Assembly: GCA_012295275.1 (NCBI GenBank)
Contig: CM022672.1
Location: forward strand, 7,502,001-7,566,000
Direction: 5' to 3'
Source: Chrysomallon squamiferum
Lineage: Eukaryota; Animalia; Mollusca
Length of the DNA: 64,000 nucleotides
The notes beneath the pieces are model-generated. The model did not search any database, was not told where the DNA came from, and saw nothing but the letters and a program-made list of their open reading frames with translations. The position numbers and the translations under genes are program-made. Within the stretch, counting starts at the first letter, position 1, and the number at the start of each line of letters is the position of its first letter. Positions 28,698 through 42,600 of this stretch are shown here, in pieces.

Positions 28698-29414
28698 ATT
28701 TACATTTTTTATTTTATTTATTTACTTATTTATTTTTGCTTTTTAAAATTTTTTTTTTCCTTTAAATCGACAGAGATATATTAATGCAAATCTTACATTT
28801 CTGTAGTGTATTTGTCTTGGTCTTTCTGTTACATTTCTGGAGACAGTTTAAAATAATGTTAGATAAATAACTGTTTTATTAAAATTGTATCTCTTCTTCT
28901 TCTCCTTTTTACGACTACTACTGTTATTACTATTACTAGTTCTACTATTCGAACTAATACTGCTACTACAAGTAGTACAACTACTGCTAGTAGTAGTACT
29001 ACTGTTACTGCTACTAGTACCTGAAAGTTTGGTCCATACAGTAAAAGTTATTAAAAACTGTTACTCATCTATTCATTTAAAACAATGGTAAAAATGAGTC
29101 ATGTGACGATAAAACGAATTTCAGTATATATTAGATACGACAGAAAACTGAGAATGCATTAATACTAAAAAATATTAAATATTTCACTAACCTGCAAGAA
29201 AAAACATTCTGTCCAATTCTTCAATATTCTTTTTACTTCTAATAATCATCGTCTTCAGAACTATTGGTCTTGAACTTATGATGGCTACCAGTCTGATAGG
29301 CTGGTCATTTAAAATCACGGGGTGGTTGTTTGGAGGGTGAAAATACCCTGGTACGATTTCCACAAAGCAGCAAAGAACAACAACACTCAGTGTTGTAACT
29401 CGGAGTAACTCCAT
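20041..29414 (-). CDS. Secreted animal heme peroxidase B with seven tandem C-terminal TSP1-like repeats (about 1062 aa)
   Basis: 12 GT-AG exons (minus strand): 29414-29192, 28206-28077, 27379-27141, 26788-26591, 26139-26055, 25719-25613, 25204-25103, 24381-24289, 23852-23150, 22288-22119, 21667-21568, 21079-20041. Total 3189 nt, in frame. Signal peptide [23 protein letters not shown]. Motifs: [102 protein letters not shown]. Confidence 0.95.
20120..21000 (-). repeat. Coding array of 7 thrombospondin type-1-like repeats (about 41-46 aa each) in peroxidase B last exon
   Basis: Unit consensus G.W..W..W(S/T).C...(V/I)Q.R.R.C....C.G...Q...C, read from ORF 20041..21018; the first unit has Y in place of the first W. 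Confidence 0.92.
24130..24270 (+). mobile_element. Degenerate SINE remnant in peroxidase B intron 8
   Basis: GTCTATGGGATGTTCCATAT..ATGCTAAT..GTTGCCC..GTGTTATTAAACAAATATTT resembles the body and tail of the same SINE family as the 9.2 kb and 10.0 kb copies. Confidence 0.35.
27573..27770. mobile_element. MITE-like GC-richer insertion with an internal perfect 13-bp inverted repeat
   Basis: Begins CAATGGCGTATCTA. AGTTATAGCCCTG (27603-27615) pairs with CAGGGCTATAACT (27628-27640). Composition contrasts with the flanking AT-rich intron. Confidence 0.4.
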
Positions 29415-29643
29415 GACAGACGAGACAAACAGAAAATTTCACAACATATAAAAACCAACAACATCAATTTCTGATGCATATAATTTCAAAAATACTTATT
29501 TCATATTATTATTTTTTAATTTTCGATTCTTTTTCGCATGAGGTATTTCAAAGCATGAAGCAGGTAAATTATACGATGTCGGACGATTTAGAAGTATATA
29601 TTTTTACCTGGATCAAACTGACGTAGTGCAACGAAGAGGCGGA

Positions 29644-29651
29644 TGACGTCA
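29644..29651. promoter_or_regulatory. Palindromic CRE (TGACGTCA) about 230 bp upstream of the peroxidase B ATG
   Basis: Exact 8-mer, with a TGACG half-site at ~29618 and a TATATA run at ~29771; function untested. Confidence 0.35.
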
Positions 29652-30136
29652 ACGTTTGGTCAATATTAGATGTACGATTAATAACAAACAGAGTCATTAA
29701 CAGGCGAATCGCTGTTGGCTGATTCTGGACTAACTGCGGTTAACTTCCTGATGTTCAGACGTGTTCAGCATATATATTCTACAGTCGTGATTTTTGGTGC
29801 GTTACGACATCAAGTAGTGATTGTGACTTTAAGATAAAATATTACAAGATATTTCAACCTCTGTTTATTTTGCCATTTGAAATACTGCTTTGAAGGTGAT
29901 TTGGTATAAGTGGTGGGTGTGTTTGTACAAGTAGCAATAGTAGCAGCAACAGCAACAGTGACAGCAGTAGCAATGGTAAACGTAGCAGTAATAGTAGTTG
30001 TAATAATTATAGTCGTCGCAGAAGCTGTAGTTCTTGTATAGCCAAGGTTTAAATATTTTATTATTGCAGTTATTAGTAGAAGTTGTTCTAGGAATCGTGA
30101 CAGCAAAAATAGTAATAGTAGTAGTAATATTGTCGT

Positions 30137-30161
30137 TTTGTTGTTGTTGTTGTTGTTGTTG

Positions 30162-30240
<79 letters not shown>
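30137..30240. repeat. Compound (TTG)n(TTA)n microsatellite
   Basis: Seen directly. Confidence 0.95.
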
Positions 30241-30241
<1 letters not shown>

Positions 30242-30712
30242 GGTGTGTCTGTTATAGTAACAGTAATAACAAATTTGTTATATTTTCTTATATAGGTATA
30301 GGTACTTGCGTACCAACCTTTACTACTATTCAAATATACTACTTAATAATGAGATCGCTTTTATCAGCTGTTAATGCTTTAGAACGTGTATCGAGTCTGA
30401 AAAAAAAAAAATGTTCACCATTGGCAAAAATCTCTGATATACCATATATATTTTCTTTATTAAAAATGTAAATTCAGTCAAGTACAAATTAACTTCAGAT
30501 GTGCGTTTCCTGTGAACGCGACCAAGAACAGGTCACATGACAGTACACAATGACATTCAGTGTCATGCTATCAGTGAGGAATGTCAACATAATCGGGTAC
30601 ATGTGGGCCATGAACAAACACACGTTACATGCTTCCTTGTTACTGTTTTAATCGTCACAAACACCAGCCTTAAACAATAATTATAAAATATCCAACAGCA
30701 GGGGAGAGGGTG

Positions 30713-30813
<101 letters not shown>

Positions 30814-30876
30814 ATAACAAAGACGAATTTATTTTCATGATTTACTTTTCAACTGTCATTTTTAAAAAGAGATGGC

Positions 30877-30939
<63 letters not shown>

Positions 30940-31202
30940 CATTGTTCTAACTTATTTCACTTTTTTGTTCTGAAGACAGAAAAGGGGTAACTATGACAGC
31001 TACCTCGAATGGTTGATCTTATATAAATCAACAGACAGATTTGTGGTTCCACTTAATGTGAATGTTTCTGTGTTGTACCCTTTTTACGACCATAAATATA
31101 AATTAGATATGTACACTGTAATTCGGACATAAATATCGAGTGTCACCAAACCAAATGTTGTCTGAAATCAACTCTTTACAACGTTGATGACGATATTTGA
31201 AC

Positions 31203-33985
31203 TTATGAACCGGGACTGTCTGTATCAGGTAATTTCAAGCCCCGAGCTTTCTGAACTTCATCCATCCACGTCTGTATTCTCTCAAACAGTTCCTTTTTGT
31301 CCACGTGACGACGGCTGCCCGTGCCGCCGCTGAACGAACCGCTGGAAATGCTCGTGACGCGTTGCATCTGCGCACGGATTTCTTCTTCAACAAAAATGGC
31401 GTCGCGATCGCGGAAACCCGCCGAAGCTGTTCGGAACATTCCGCGCTGCTGGGCGCAGAAAGCGTCTGCTCGGATATTAGCTAACTCGTAGTCCAGTCTC
31501 GCCTGTCCTTTCAGCTTTTCCCTGATGAACGGGTCTTTGGACCTTCTTCTCGATTTCACTCTGTCGGGAGTCTGGAAAGACTTTGAAGTGAACGCCGCGT
31601 TGATCAGTGTCGGTTCTCCGACTCCACGAATTTGTAAAAAAGAAATAAGTTTGAATGGATTCATGTTTACAGATTTCTCGTTTCCATTGTCCTTTTTCAA
31701 GTCGCTGCTCACTAAGTCGGAAGATGGCTGACTGTTAATGCTGAGGTACGGTCTTCTTTCGTCCAAAGTTCTTGTTGCCATGGGAAATGATCGTTCGCGC
31801 CGTACAAGTCTTGGGAACGGCGTTGACGGAACGCTGTACGAAGGTTCGTCCAGATGAAGATTTGTGTACTGTCTTTGACACTGGCGTATCTGAAATGTCA
31901 CCATGAATCCATTTTATAAATAAGTTATCACAAACCAAGCACTTATACAAATATACAGATTCCTATGCAAACATATACATACATTTACAATAAATACATT
32001 TTTTAATATATTATTAATCTCAGACAGCAGCTGTAGCTGTGTCAGTTCCATTATAAACATTTCTATGTGTTTATCAAGATTCTCTACTGTTATAATACTG
32101 CAAGCCAATAAACAAACACGCTTTCATTTCGCTTTATCCTTCACTCAACATCTGACAAAGTCGCTCCCAACAATAACTAGTGTCAAATATTTATCATTCT
32201 GAGCATTTAGTTCTGGCTCATTTGAAGCCAGGTAAAGTGGAAAGGTAATTTAGTAAAGAAAAGCCGAGCCGAAAATGAATTGTTAGCGAGAAATCTGAGT
32301 ATCTGATTCAAAAACATTCACCGCAGACGTCGCACTCGTGTTGTTGTTAGTTGCTATTAATACTGGACCCGGATAAGCTAGACTAAACAGAGTCAATGAT
32401 TTGCGGTGTAATGTGGAGGGTGCAAATGTATTGCTTTCTTTACAAATTATTCATTTCTGTGCAGATTGGTTGTTGTTTATTTAAAAGGTGTAGTTACAAA
32501 TAACCGTGTTTGTTTCGCGAAAATCAACAACACCTATCAGGTGAAATTACAACGAATGCTTTCAGTCACTGACAGTTTTACATAATTAAATTAGAATAAC
32601 AAGTGTCTGCGGAGGTAAATTAACACGTGAAGTAATGTTTACTTCTATATATATGACAACATGATATGTCACATTCATACACATAAATAAGTATCAAAAA
32701 CACATTCATACATATTAATATAATAATATATATGTGTGTGTATATATATATATATACACACATATATATATATATATATACAAATATACATATAATACAC
32801 ACATACATACATACATATATACATAAAAATACATACATACATATACACGGATTATAACAATTATTAATAATGAAAATGTCTACGTAATTAATCTGTTTCC
32901 TATCAAAAATAAACTGTAGAAAAGTCCTTTGCTTGTGATTTCCTTATTTACACATACTTAGTTGACGTTAAACCTTTTGACACACACTTTACCAATAATT
33001 ATGTTTGCCTTTATCTTAGGAAGCTACTAACTGAAATCCTAAAGGTACATAAAGAAAGTGAGTGTAAATTTAACCTGTATGTATCAAAGTTGTAAACTCA
33101 CATTTTATTGACTGAAGTTTATTTCTACATTCTAGTGTCTCTTTTCATAAGCGAAAAGAATATAAATTACGAAAACAAATCCAATAAAAATGAAGGAGTG
33201 GTCAAAAATAATTTGATGGCTGATAAAATTATTTAAATTTCTCAATCTGTCATGTATACACCAACAGTAGCTCACAGTTTGTTCAGTTAAAATTTGTCAA
33301 ACCTCACGAAGATAAACGTAATATTTATGTATATGAATGCCTGTGTGTCCGTGTATATATGCATGTATTAATGTATTTTCTATAATGTGTGTATATATAT
33401 ATGTGTGTGTGTGTGTATATTTGTGTCTGTATCTGTGTATATATGTGAGTGCCTGTGAATGTGTCTGCTGTTTGTACAAGTATGCATTTGTCTACATATA
33501 TACATACATACATACATATTTACATATATACATACGTGAAAACTGTTCGTGTGGATAGATTGTGGGTGTTTGTGTACAAAATGAAAACTTAAGTAACTAG
33601 CTAGACAGACGGATAGAAAGGAAGATAACTACATATTTATATATATCTTACAAATGATTCTTTTGAACTTTGAAATTTTAGTCTTACTAATTTAATTTGT
33701 TTATAGAAAAAAAAAATCAATTTGCTAATTTAAATTAAATACAACAAAGAAAATAACTCGGACAACAGAACATTGTAAAATATACTCAGATAAGAACAAT
33801 ATTAAAATTTGTTACTTTTAATTAATATAATAATTTAATTAACTAGCTGAGTTTAAATTGTAATTAACACAGAAAATTACCTGTTTCGAGTACGTGTCGA
33901 TTGTGGGTGTTACAATTTTTAAACGCCGTCTTCGGATATTTCCGGATGCCATTGTAAATCGACTAAATTGTTCTAGTCCTTTCAT
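31203..33985 (-). CDS. Uncharacterised 2-exon protein (about 263 aa; 252 aa from the second ATG at 33952)
   Basis: Exon 1 33985-33881 (MKGLEQFSRFTMASGNIRRRRLKIVTPTIDTYSKQ, donor CAG|GTAATT, phase 0) joins exon 2 31889-31203 (acceptor TTTCAG|ATA, phase 0, long GC-richer non-repetitive ORF ending TAA). No domain recognised. Confidence 0.75.
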
Positions 33986-34196
33986 TTCAGTTGTCTGTAT
34001 AATTAGTTTTGCATCTTTGTTGTCTGCAGTTTACCAGCGCTAAACAAATCAATATTTTTCAAACAAATATTATTCCTATTGTCCTTGCATTTCACTTTTT
34101 TATCACCGATATATTCTTAAGGTTCGTTTTAATCACACTTTTTGGAAAGTTCGCAGAAATATAGTCACAGGTACAGTATATAAAGTCTATTTAGAA

Positions 34197-34240
<44 letters not shown>

Positions 34241-37018
34241 TAATTTCTTTTTCATGTTCACGTCACGATTTTTTAATTACAGTTTGCGTATGAAGTTGTT
34301 TCAGTTTCATGCCACTGTTACTAATCAAAACGGCCTTCGAAAATCCTGCATAGTACAATTCACGCCTGTTCTGTTACCACTAGGGGTTAAAAAAAAAAAT
34401 AATAATAATAAAATATTAACAATAAAATAAGCTTTTACGATCCAATAAAAATATGAATATCCACGTAAAAATCTTCTGTTGAGATTTAACACCATTCGTT
34501 ATTAAGAAGAAAAAAAGCCAATATGGAGAAAAAACCTCTTATATAAAAGTCTGTAAGACATATCCAACTTGTCGCTGAACTGATTTTATCATCGACCAAG
34601 CTCTAAGTGTGTAGTCGACAATAATCCTTTTGTACCGACAGTCGAGGTAGACAACACAAAACATATCTATTCTAATCTGTATGGGCGCGATAACTCGGCG
34701 GGTGATTTGACGACGTAACTCGTCCCAGCGCTGAGAAAGAGAAACTCTCTCGTAAGTCACAAACAAATTCCACAGCACCGCGAGAGGACACGGATTTACT
34801 GTCAACAGCGCAGGTGGGGGTGAGCTGCAACTCGACGAAATCTTAACAGTTTCGAATATTTTACTGAAAGTTTTGTCTTCTTGATTGTTCGTTATTTCTT
34901 TCTTTATTGACTTACACTTCAGACACGTACATGCATACATACATGCACAGACGTGTGTGTGTGTGTGTGTTTCTCTGTCAATAAACAAAATGAGAATGGA
35001 TGGTAGGTGATATTATTATTATTATTTTATTGTTATTAATTTTTTTTTTTTTTTTTTTAATGACGTCATGAATGCGTACGTGTACAATATTTGATTTACA
35101 AATTTTTGTGACAATGATTTATTTAGCTGTTAAACGTTTATTGTTTTGCTTGTTGTTGGTGTTTTTATCTTTCATTTTTATTTATTTATCTTTTTTTTTT
35201 TTTTCTTTTGTCTTTTTTATTATTTATGTGTTTGTTTGTTTGCTTTCTTGTTTAAATATTTATTTTTATTTTACAGATAGGTATCATGAAAAAAATACCA
35301 CTTACACTTTTTACGATATCCCAATAAAAAGAATAGTTTTCTCTTTAAAACTTTAAGATTATTTCGTCAGTGAAACGTGATTATCACGATGTTTGTTGCT
35401 GCGATTTACAACATATTATAAAAATGGTGTTTTACGTTATTTTATTTATTATTTTCATTATTTCTAATTTTTTTTTTTTTCCATCCATAAACATAATCTT
35501 ATCAATATCGTGCTAAAACTTGAAAGTGTTTAACAAGAGATTTGAACACTTGTTAGTCGTAATATGTTGTTGTCACGTTTTTTTTTCTCTCCCAATTTCT
35601 TTTAATTTCTATCTTCCTCCTCCTCTTCTTCTTTTTTTTTTCTTCTTCTTCTTCTTCTTCTTCTTATTATTATTATTGGTGTATTTATTTATTTATTTAT
35701 TAATATTTTTGTTTCTTATTTTTCCTTTCTTTCTTTATCCATTCTTCTTGCTTTACCGAATGCCACCTCTCTACTACCACCGGCATGCATGGAATGCACG
35801 TGAATGTGTGAACAACTGGCATGCGTTTGAAACGTGGAACGATTGTGTAATTTCAGGCTGAAAAAGTAGGAGAAATAAAAAGACCCTTTGATCAAATCTC
35901 CACAATCGATTCTTGATCTATATTATTTCTGAACCACAGATATAATACCTCAGGAAATCAAAGAGGGGTAACAAAAGAAAAAAAATTGGAGAAGGGCTAT
36001 GTTTTTTCATTTAACGCTACAGGTCGTTTTTAAGGAAGTGAGGTAACGAACAGTAAGACGTCATAAGAAGACTTACGTCATCAACAAAGAAACTTGCAAT
36101 ATAATAATTTCAGTACTGAAGTACTGTTATGCATTCAAAAGCTTTGACAATTATAACCTCATACAGGTGTGATCCATTTCTTTTTGTTTATTTATTTTGT
36201 ATCACATTTTATGTACTTTTTCAGTTTGTATAATAAATGTTTGATCTTCCAGATATCTTTCAAATAAAAATTATGGGTTTTGGGGTTTTTTTTGGTTTGT
36301 GTGTTTTATTTTTTTATTTTTTATATATATATATTTTATTTTTTTATTTAATGTTTGGTTTTGCTGTTTACAGTCCAGAAAATGATATTGCATTATTCTT
36401 CAGTATTCCACTCATTTTTTTTTTTTTTAGCCTTTTAATAGAAAAATGACTTTATTAAATCATTAATTTTGTTATTGTGCTTGTGTGTGTATGAGCGCGC
36501 GTGTCTGTATATGTTTATATACATATATATAAACAAACCATGCACATACAAACTTAAGGTATTTTATATGTAGATACATAATCACGAATATAAACTCAAA
36601 ACAGAACTTAATATAAAGGTTAATTTAAATGCATGTACAAATAATAGTCATTAATTATTATTTTACAAACTACTACTACTACTACTACTATTGTTACTAC
36701 TACTACTACTAAAAATGAAAATTATAATAACAATAAACCATAACAACAATAATAACCTTTTACTTCAGCGAAGTATAATAAATATCTGTGTCTTTGTGTT
36801 GGATTTCCCTGTTATGTGTCTTAAACATAACAGTGTATTCAACATGATTTTTTTAGGATGATTAATGTTTATTTAGTTCACCGTTAACTTCAAAAGTCAT
36901 TTAACAAGTGGTAAACGAGAAAAATGTATAATACGTGACTGAGAGTCATACAGCCCCTTCGTTACCCCGAAACTGTATATTATTTATTTATTATCATCCT
37001 CATCATCATCATCAAATC

Positions 37019-37075
<57 letters not shown>

Positions 37076-38333
37076 TTTATTATTATTATTATCATTATTA
37101 TTATTAATGTTGTTATTGTCGTTGCTGGTTTTCTTTTTGTGGTTGTTATTATTATTGTTGTTATTGTTGTCGTTGTTTTTGTTGCTGTTCTTATTGTTAT
37201 CATCATTGTTGTTGTTGTTGTTGTTGTTGTTATAAATATAACAACAGTCACTAAAATTGTTTGCTTTTCTATTTTACTTTTTCTCTTAAAAAAATAACAT
37301 TAAAAATATTTTTTTTTTATAAAGAAGGAAAGAAAGAAGAGAAAAAGTAAAAGAAACGTAAACATAATCAGTTTATTTTGTTAGTCATTTAATTGACTTT
37401 TAAAATAAAAAATAAAAATTCAAAAAAAAAATGTGTGAGATCTATTGGACATTAATGTGTATTTATATTATTAATGCAACTGTAAACTGTAGCTTTAAAT
37501 TCAGAAACCATCTATTACTGGTTGAATAAGCTATTAAGAATATTTCAAACTGGAATTGAAATAGGAAATCTAATATAAAATTGTTTGCAATTTACATAAA
37601 TCTACACTAATCTGACAGTGACATTCAGTAATAAAATATTTCTCTTCCGTATTAGTTTCGACAGACTCGAAGTAAATTTAAAAAATAAATAGAAATATAA
37701 ATTTAACAAAAACAGACATAAAAATCTAATTTGTCGTTGTAAACGGAGTTACTCTTTCTAAGTCTATAACGGCTATTGAATTTACAATAGTTTTGTAGGT
37801 TTAGTCAAACAATAATGTGAAAATATTCGCCTGAAATATTTTTTGACATGTTTAAAAAATAAAGATTTTAAAAAATAGCATGTATTCTCAGGTACTTATG
37901 GACCTAAACACAGCTATACACATGCTTACATAAATTATATTAATATATTAATATACAGAGTTAACAATTTATTGGAGTAAACAATAAAAGCTATAAGATA
38001 AAACTATCACAATCAATCTGAAATTATTGCAGGGTATACATTTTGTTTGTTAATATTGTTGTGCTTGTTGTTTTTTGTTGTTGTTTTTTGTTTTGTTTTG
38101 TTTTTGTTTTTTTAAATTGGGACTGAAGATGATTAAATTCTTACCATTCCCAAGTACGTTAACATCCAAACATAGAGCTAACCACGAAAGAACCATTTAT
38201 ATAAATATGAAATATTGATTTAAAATACATAAATATAATATTTATATTCTTTTTTCAATTAATTCTTTGTCCATCATAACACAAAAATAGGCTACTGTTT
38301 TTTCTTATTGTTCGTAATTAGACTTCACTGTCC

Positions 38334-38440
<107 letters not shown>

Positions 38441-39382
38441 GGTTAAACATTTACATTTAGATCAAACAGCGTTTGTGTTATGGTGGAAATCAGTTTCAAA
38501 CATAGCCAGACCTCACTTTCTGTTTAAAATAATTAGCCTCACAATAATTGATTTGTGTGTGGAAATATTGCAAATGCTCCGGTGGAATTAACGTCAAAGA
38601 ATAAAATAATATGTCAGCTTCCATGTAAATATAAACATATGATGTAAGGTTTTAAAATCACTGTTCTGCATTTAAATATATATGTTTAGTAATCAGAATT
38701 AAGCCATGTTTTGTTCAACTATTTATTTAAAATACTGATGTAAGTTATTAAAACAGTTATTACTCAAATGTCTATTATCGCTGGCTACTTATAATAGTTA
38801 GAAGTTACTACTTTGTATAAATACTATAAATAAAGTATAAATACTGTAATTATAAAGTATAATACTAAAAGTATAAGTTTGTGTAATCATAATAATTATA
38901 AACATAATTAGCATAGCAGCTAATATTGTAATAAAGCTATACATATCGATATTTAATATGCTAAATATTTTCGCTTAGTAGTTGATAATGTTAAAATTAT
39001 ATTTATTTTGTTTACAACGGAAAACTTGGATTAAAAGCATCTAAATAGGCACAGTTTTATTAAAAATATATTTTATTTCGTGTCTGTTACAGATTTAATT
39101 ATTTTGCGAATCATAAATAAAATGTATTGTTGTTCTTGTCGCTTTTAAGTTTGTTCTAAATATTTAAAATATTTTTTGTTCTTTTATTCATTTAATTTTC
39201 TTAAATTTATTAATGCAGAAAACATCATGTCTTTTTTCTTCTGTAGGTATCAAAGGTCACTAGGGATTACCATTATGACTGTGAGTGAGGTTGAAGAGAA
39301 TGTGGTGACAATGAACCAAAGAACTTTAATCATTCTGAAATGACATGAAAGTTAAATATCTGAACCAGATTTGTTAGTCAGT

Positions 39383-39577
39383 ATGAGGCCTCTCCGACAG
39401 ATAGTTTGTCTGACCCGAAGTCTGGCCAGGTCGGGTCATGTCATGTCATGTCACACCAGATTTTACTCTTCATCATCTCGATACATCATATTTAATTATC
39501 CGTCCATCCAAAGAATTAAGAAGATAGGTAATCATTTTATATTTACTTTTAATATATTGTTTGTTTGTGTGTCTTTG

Positions 39578-39621
<44 letters not shown>

Positions 39622-42600
39622 CATTTATTTATTATCATCATCATTTTTAAAAATTATTACTGTTATTATAATTTTATATAAATGTATAAACTAATAAATA
39701 ACTGTTTTTTTCCTTTTTTCTTCTTTCACTTTCTTTTAAATAATAATAAGAAATTAAAGAAAGAAAGAGGAAAACAAACAATATATAAAGAAATAATAAG
39801 GTTTCCATATTTCATACTTTATTATTAGCACAGGCTAGTGAAAATAAAAAATATTTAGAAATTTAGTGGAAATATACACAGTCATGACATTGTATTCAGA
39901 CTATTTGTATCAGTAAGTATTTTTTAAATGTAAAAGTTTTATTCATCACACTGCACTTTATTATTTACTACAGAACGTGTCAGATATTGTAGGAATTATA
40001 AAGCATCACGTAGTGTGCGATCTTCACCTTTAAAGCAGTAAATTAAAACTGAAAAAGTAAATTAGTTATTATTATTATTTACTTTAACTTTAATCTGTTG
40101 TTATTTTCAGGTGTTGTCTTTGTTGTTCTTGCATGTGCTTGGTAAGAATAAAAACTTTTCATTCATTCTCAGATAGTTAAACATTAGAGAGATGTATTGA
40201 TCTCTAACAAAGATGTAATATATTTACATTGTTTGCTTACATATAGGGAAGAATTGTTAATACAAGTTTGTGTTGTAATTCCGTTTATTCATTACTCTTT
40301 TATACATAATGGATAATCAAAAAAATATTTATTTTAAGTATTGTTTTGAAAACAAATAATAATCATGCATAACAATACAAAATTTAAAAGAATAAGTTAA
40401 ACAAAATTATTATATATCTAATTTCTGAAAGCTATTAATAAAATTATTTTAAATAAATTCATCTAGAATTTGCATTGATTAAGGTACATAAAGTTATAAT
40501 ATATTTTTTCAAAATATAATTCATATTAAATATGTATGTAAGTATATGTATATTATGTGTATTTATTTTAATGAATTAATTTCACTCAGCGGTTCGTTGT
40601 TGTGGATAGAGGTTATCTCTCTGAATAAACATCTGCCAACTTACAAAGAACTGAGAAATGAAGACATTTTCCCTCTCTCCATCTACCTGTCACAACTAAA
40701 GAAGAACATTAAGTCAAAAACTCTCAGTAAAGGTAACAATAATACATATGATACTAGAAGTGGGATCATATAAAGAATAATTGTACCTCTGAATGTGTGT
40801 TTATGCTTTTATACATTTATATTTAGTGTATATATATATATATGTTTCTGTTGTATGTGCATATTTGTTTGTGTGTGTGTGTTGTATGTGTTTGTACATA
40901 GGTTATTGTAATGAGAATCACAAGTTTGTGAAAATAATTGAAACCTATTCTGACATATTTCACATGAGTTATATATTTAGATCATTTTAAATTGATATTA
41001 CGGTGCTTAACCACATTTTGCCTTCCAGAAACAATGAAAACAGTAAACATTTTATTTTAAACAAAATGCAGTTAATGTGTAATTTATTTCATACATTCTA
41101 TGCCAATTCAACAAAAAGACATTATCTTTTAGAAACTCGAAATAATTTAGCTCTATATTTTTGTTGAAGTAAGATTATAAAAATAATCTCTTTCAGAATC
41201 CTGGTTTCCATGGTTACAATCACACAGTCAGAATCCATGGCGACTGTTAGATTTGACACAGTCAGAAGACAGACACACAAGACAACTAGGGGTGAAAGCT
41301 TTAGCAACAATTGTAGACTGGGATGGTATGTAATGTTACAGAATATCATATACGTATTACCTTAACATTCACAATGTAATACTAGAAAATATACATTAAT
41401 GTGTAGCAGAAAAATTAAATACAGAAGTGTGTTTTATTAGAATCATATAGATCTTTCTTACAAATTAAATTTGAAACAGCTTAATGAAAAAAGAAAATTA
41501 AATGTTTTATTCATATTTACTAGATTGGTTTCCATAATTAAAATGACACACTTGTATATTCGCTAATGTTACTGTTAATGTTGTCATCAGTATTTTACAA
41601 TAAGAGAAAATACATTGTCAGGACACAAATAATCTGTGAAATTGCTAAGTTTGAATCTTTTTTCTCAATATGTAAAAAATAATAAATTAACAGTTTGTTC
41701 TCAAGATGTTGCTATTACAGGCCTGTGTTAATGGGATAGAGATCTGAAAAGGCTCTTTTGTTGATTATGTAAAGATAGCATGCAATGTAACACATACACA
41801 CAACTCATACATTACCCACACATAGACACATGTATGTAAAAGAGTCAGTTGTCAGTTAAAGGTGAGTGTATATTTGTTTCAGATTATCAGTACAGGTATG
41901 TTGCCCAGGCCTGTGATGAACAGACGCTGGTTGGTCTGGCTCGGTCACCAGACGTTGATGAAAGATTTTTTCTTCCTCCACCAAAACTGCACCCACTGAA
42001 GGTGAATCTGTTTGTTTTGTTTTTATTTTATTTTTCAATCATCAGAAATCAGATGTACTACTTTTGACAAAATTAAAGTATGTTCTTTTTCATGAGCAGA
42101 TTTTTTTTTATCTGCACATTACAATATACATAACCTTATTTTTTTTAGAAGGGATTACTTTTTTGAACATGAAAAATAATGTTTATAATCACCTCTGTGA
42201 TAGCAACAATAATCAGTGTTAGGCTGTTATATGGAGCAGAAAACAGACAAACCAAGAAGGACACCCCTGTGACCTTTCTATGGCAATTAAAACTTGGTTA
42301 GAATAGGAAAACTGAACCAAATATAATCAAATCTGTTATGACAGATTCAAAATATGAGGTTAGAACAGCAAAAATACCTTGCAAAACAGTGTAAATCATG
42401 TATTATAATATTGTTTTATATTCTTATTATGATGCTCTCTTTGGAATAGGAAAAAATGTAATTTTTATGAGGATAAAGTGTATAATTTTGTATTTGTTAT
42501 TTCAGGGAAGTTTGTTGGATGAGCTGCGTCATCTGCTTGGTTCACTGCCCTTATGTGATGTAGACAAATGTGTGAACTATTTCACTGAACTGGCTCTGAA

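Noticed and set aside
34539-34988. 149-aa minus-strand ORF
   Set aside because: Non-ATG start, includes a (CA)n repeat, and lies in the likely promoter or 5' UTR of the orphan gene.
36935-37297. Hydrophobic poly-Ile/Val ORFs (also 12800-13192, 15032-15340, 30034-30471, 35520-35861)
   Set aside because: Translations of (ATT)n, (GTT)n or poly-T low-complexity tracts.
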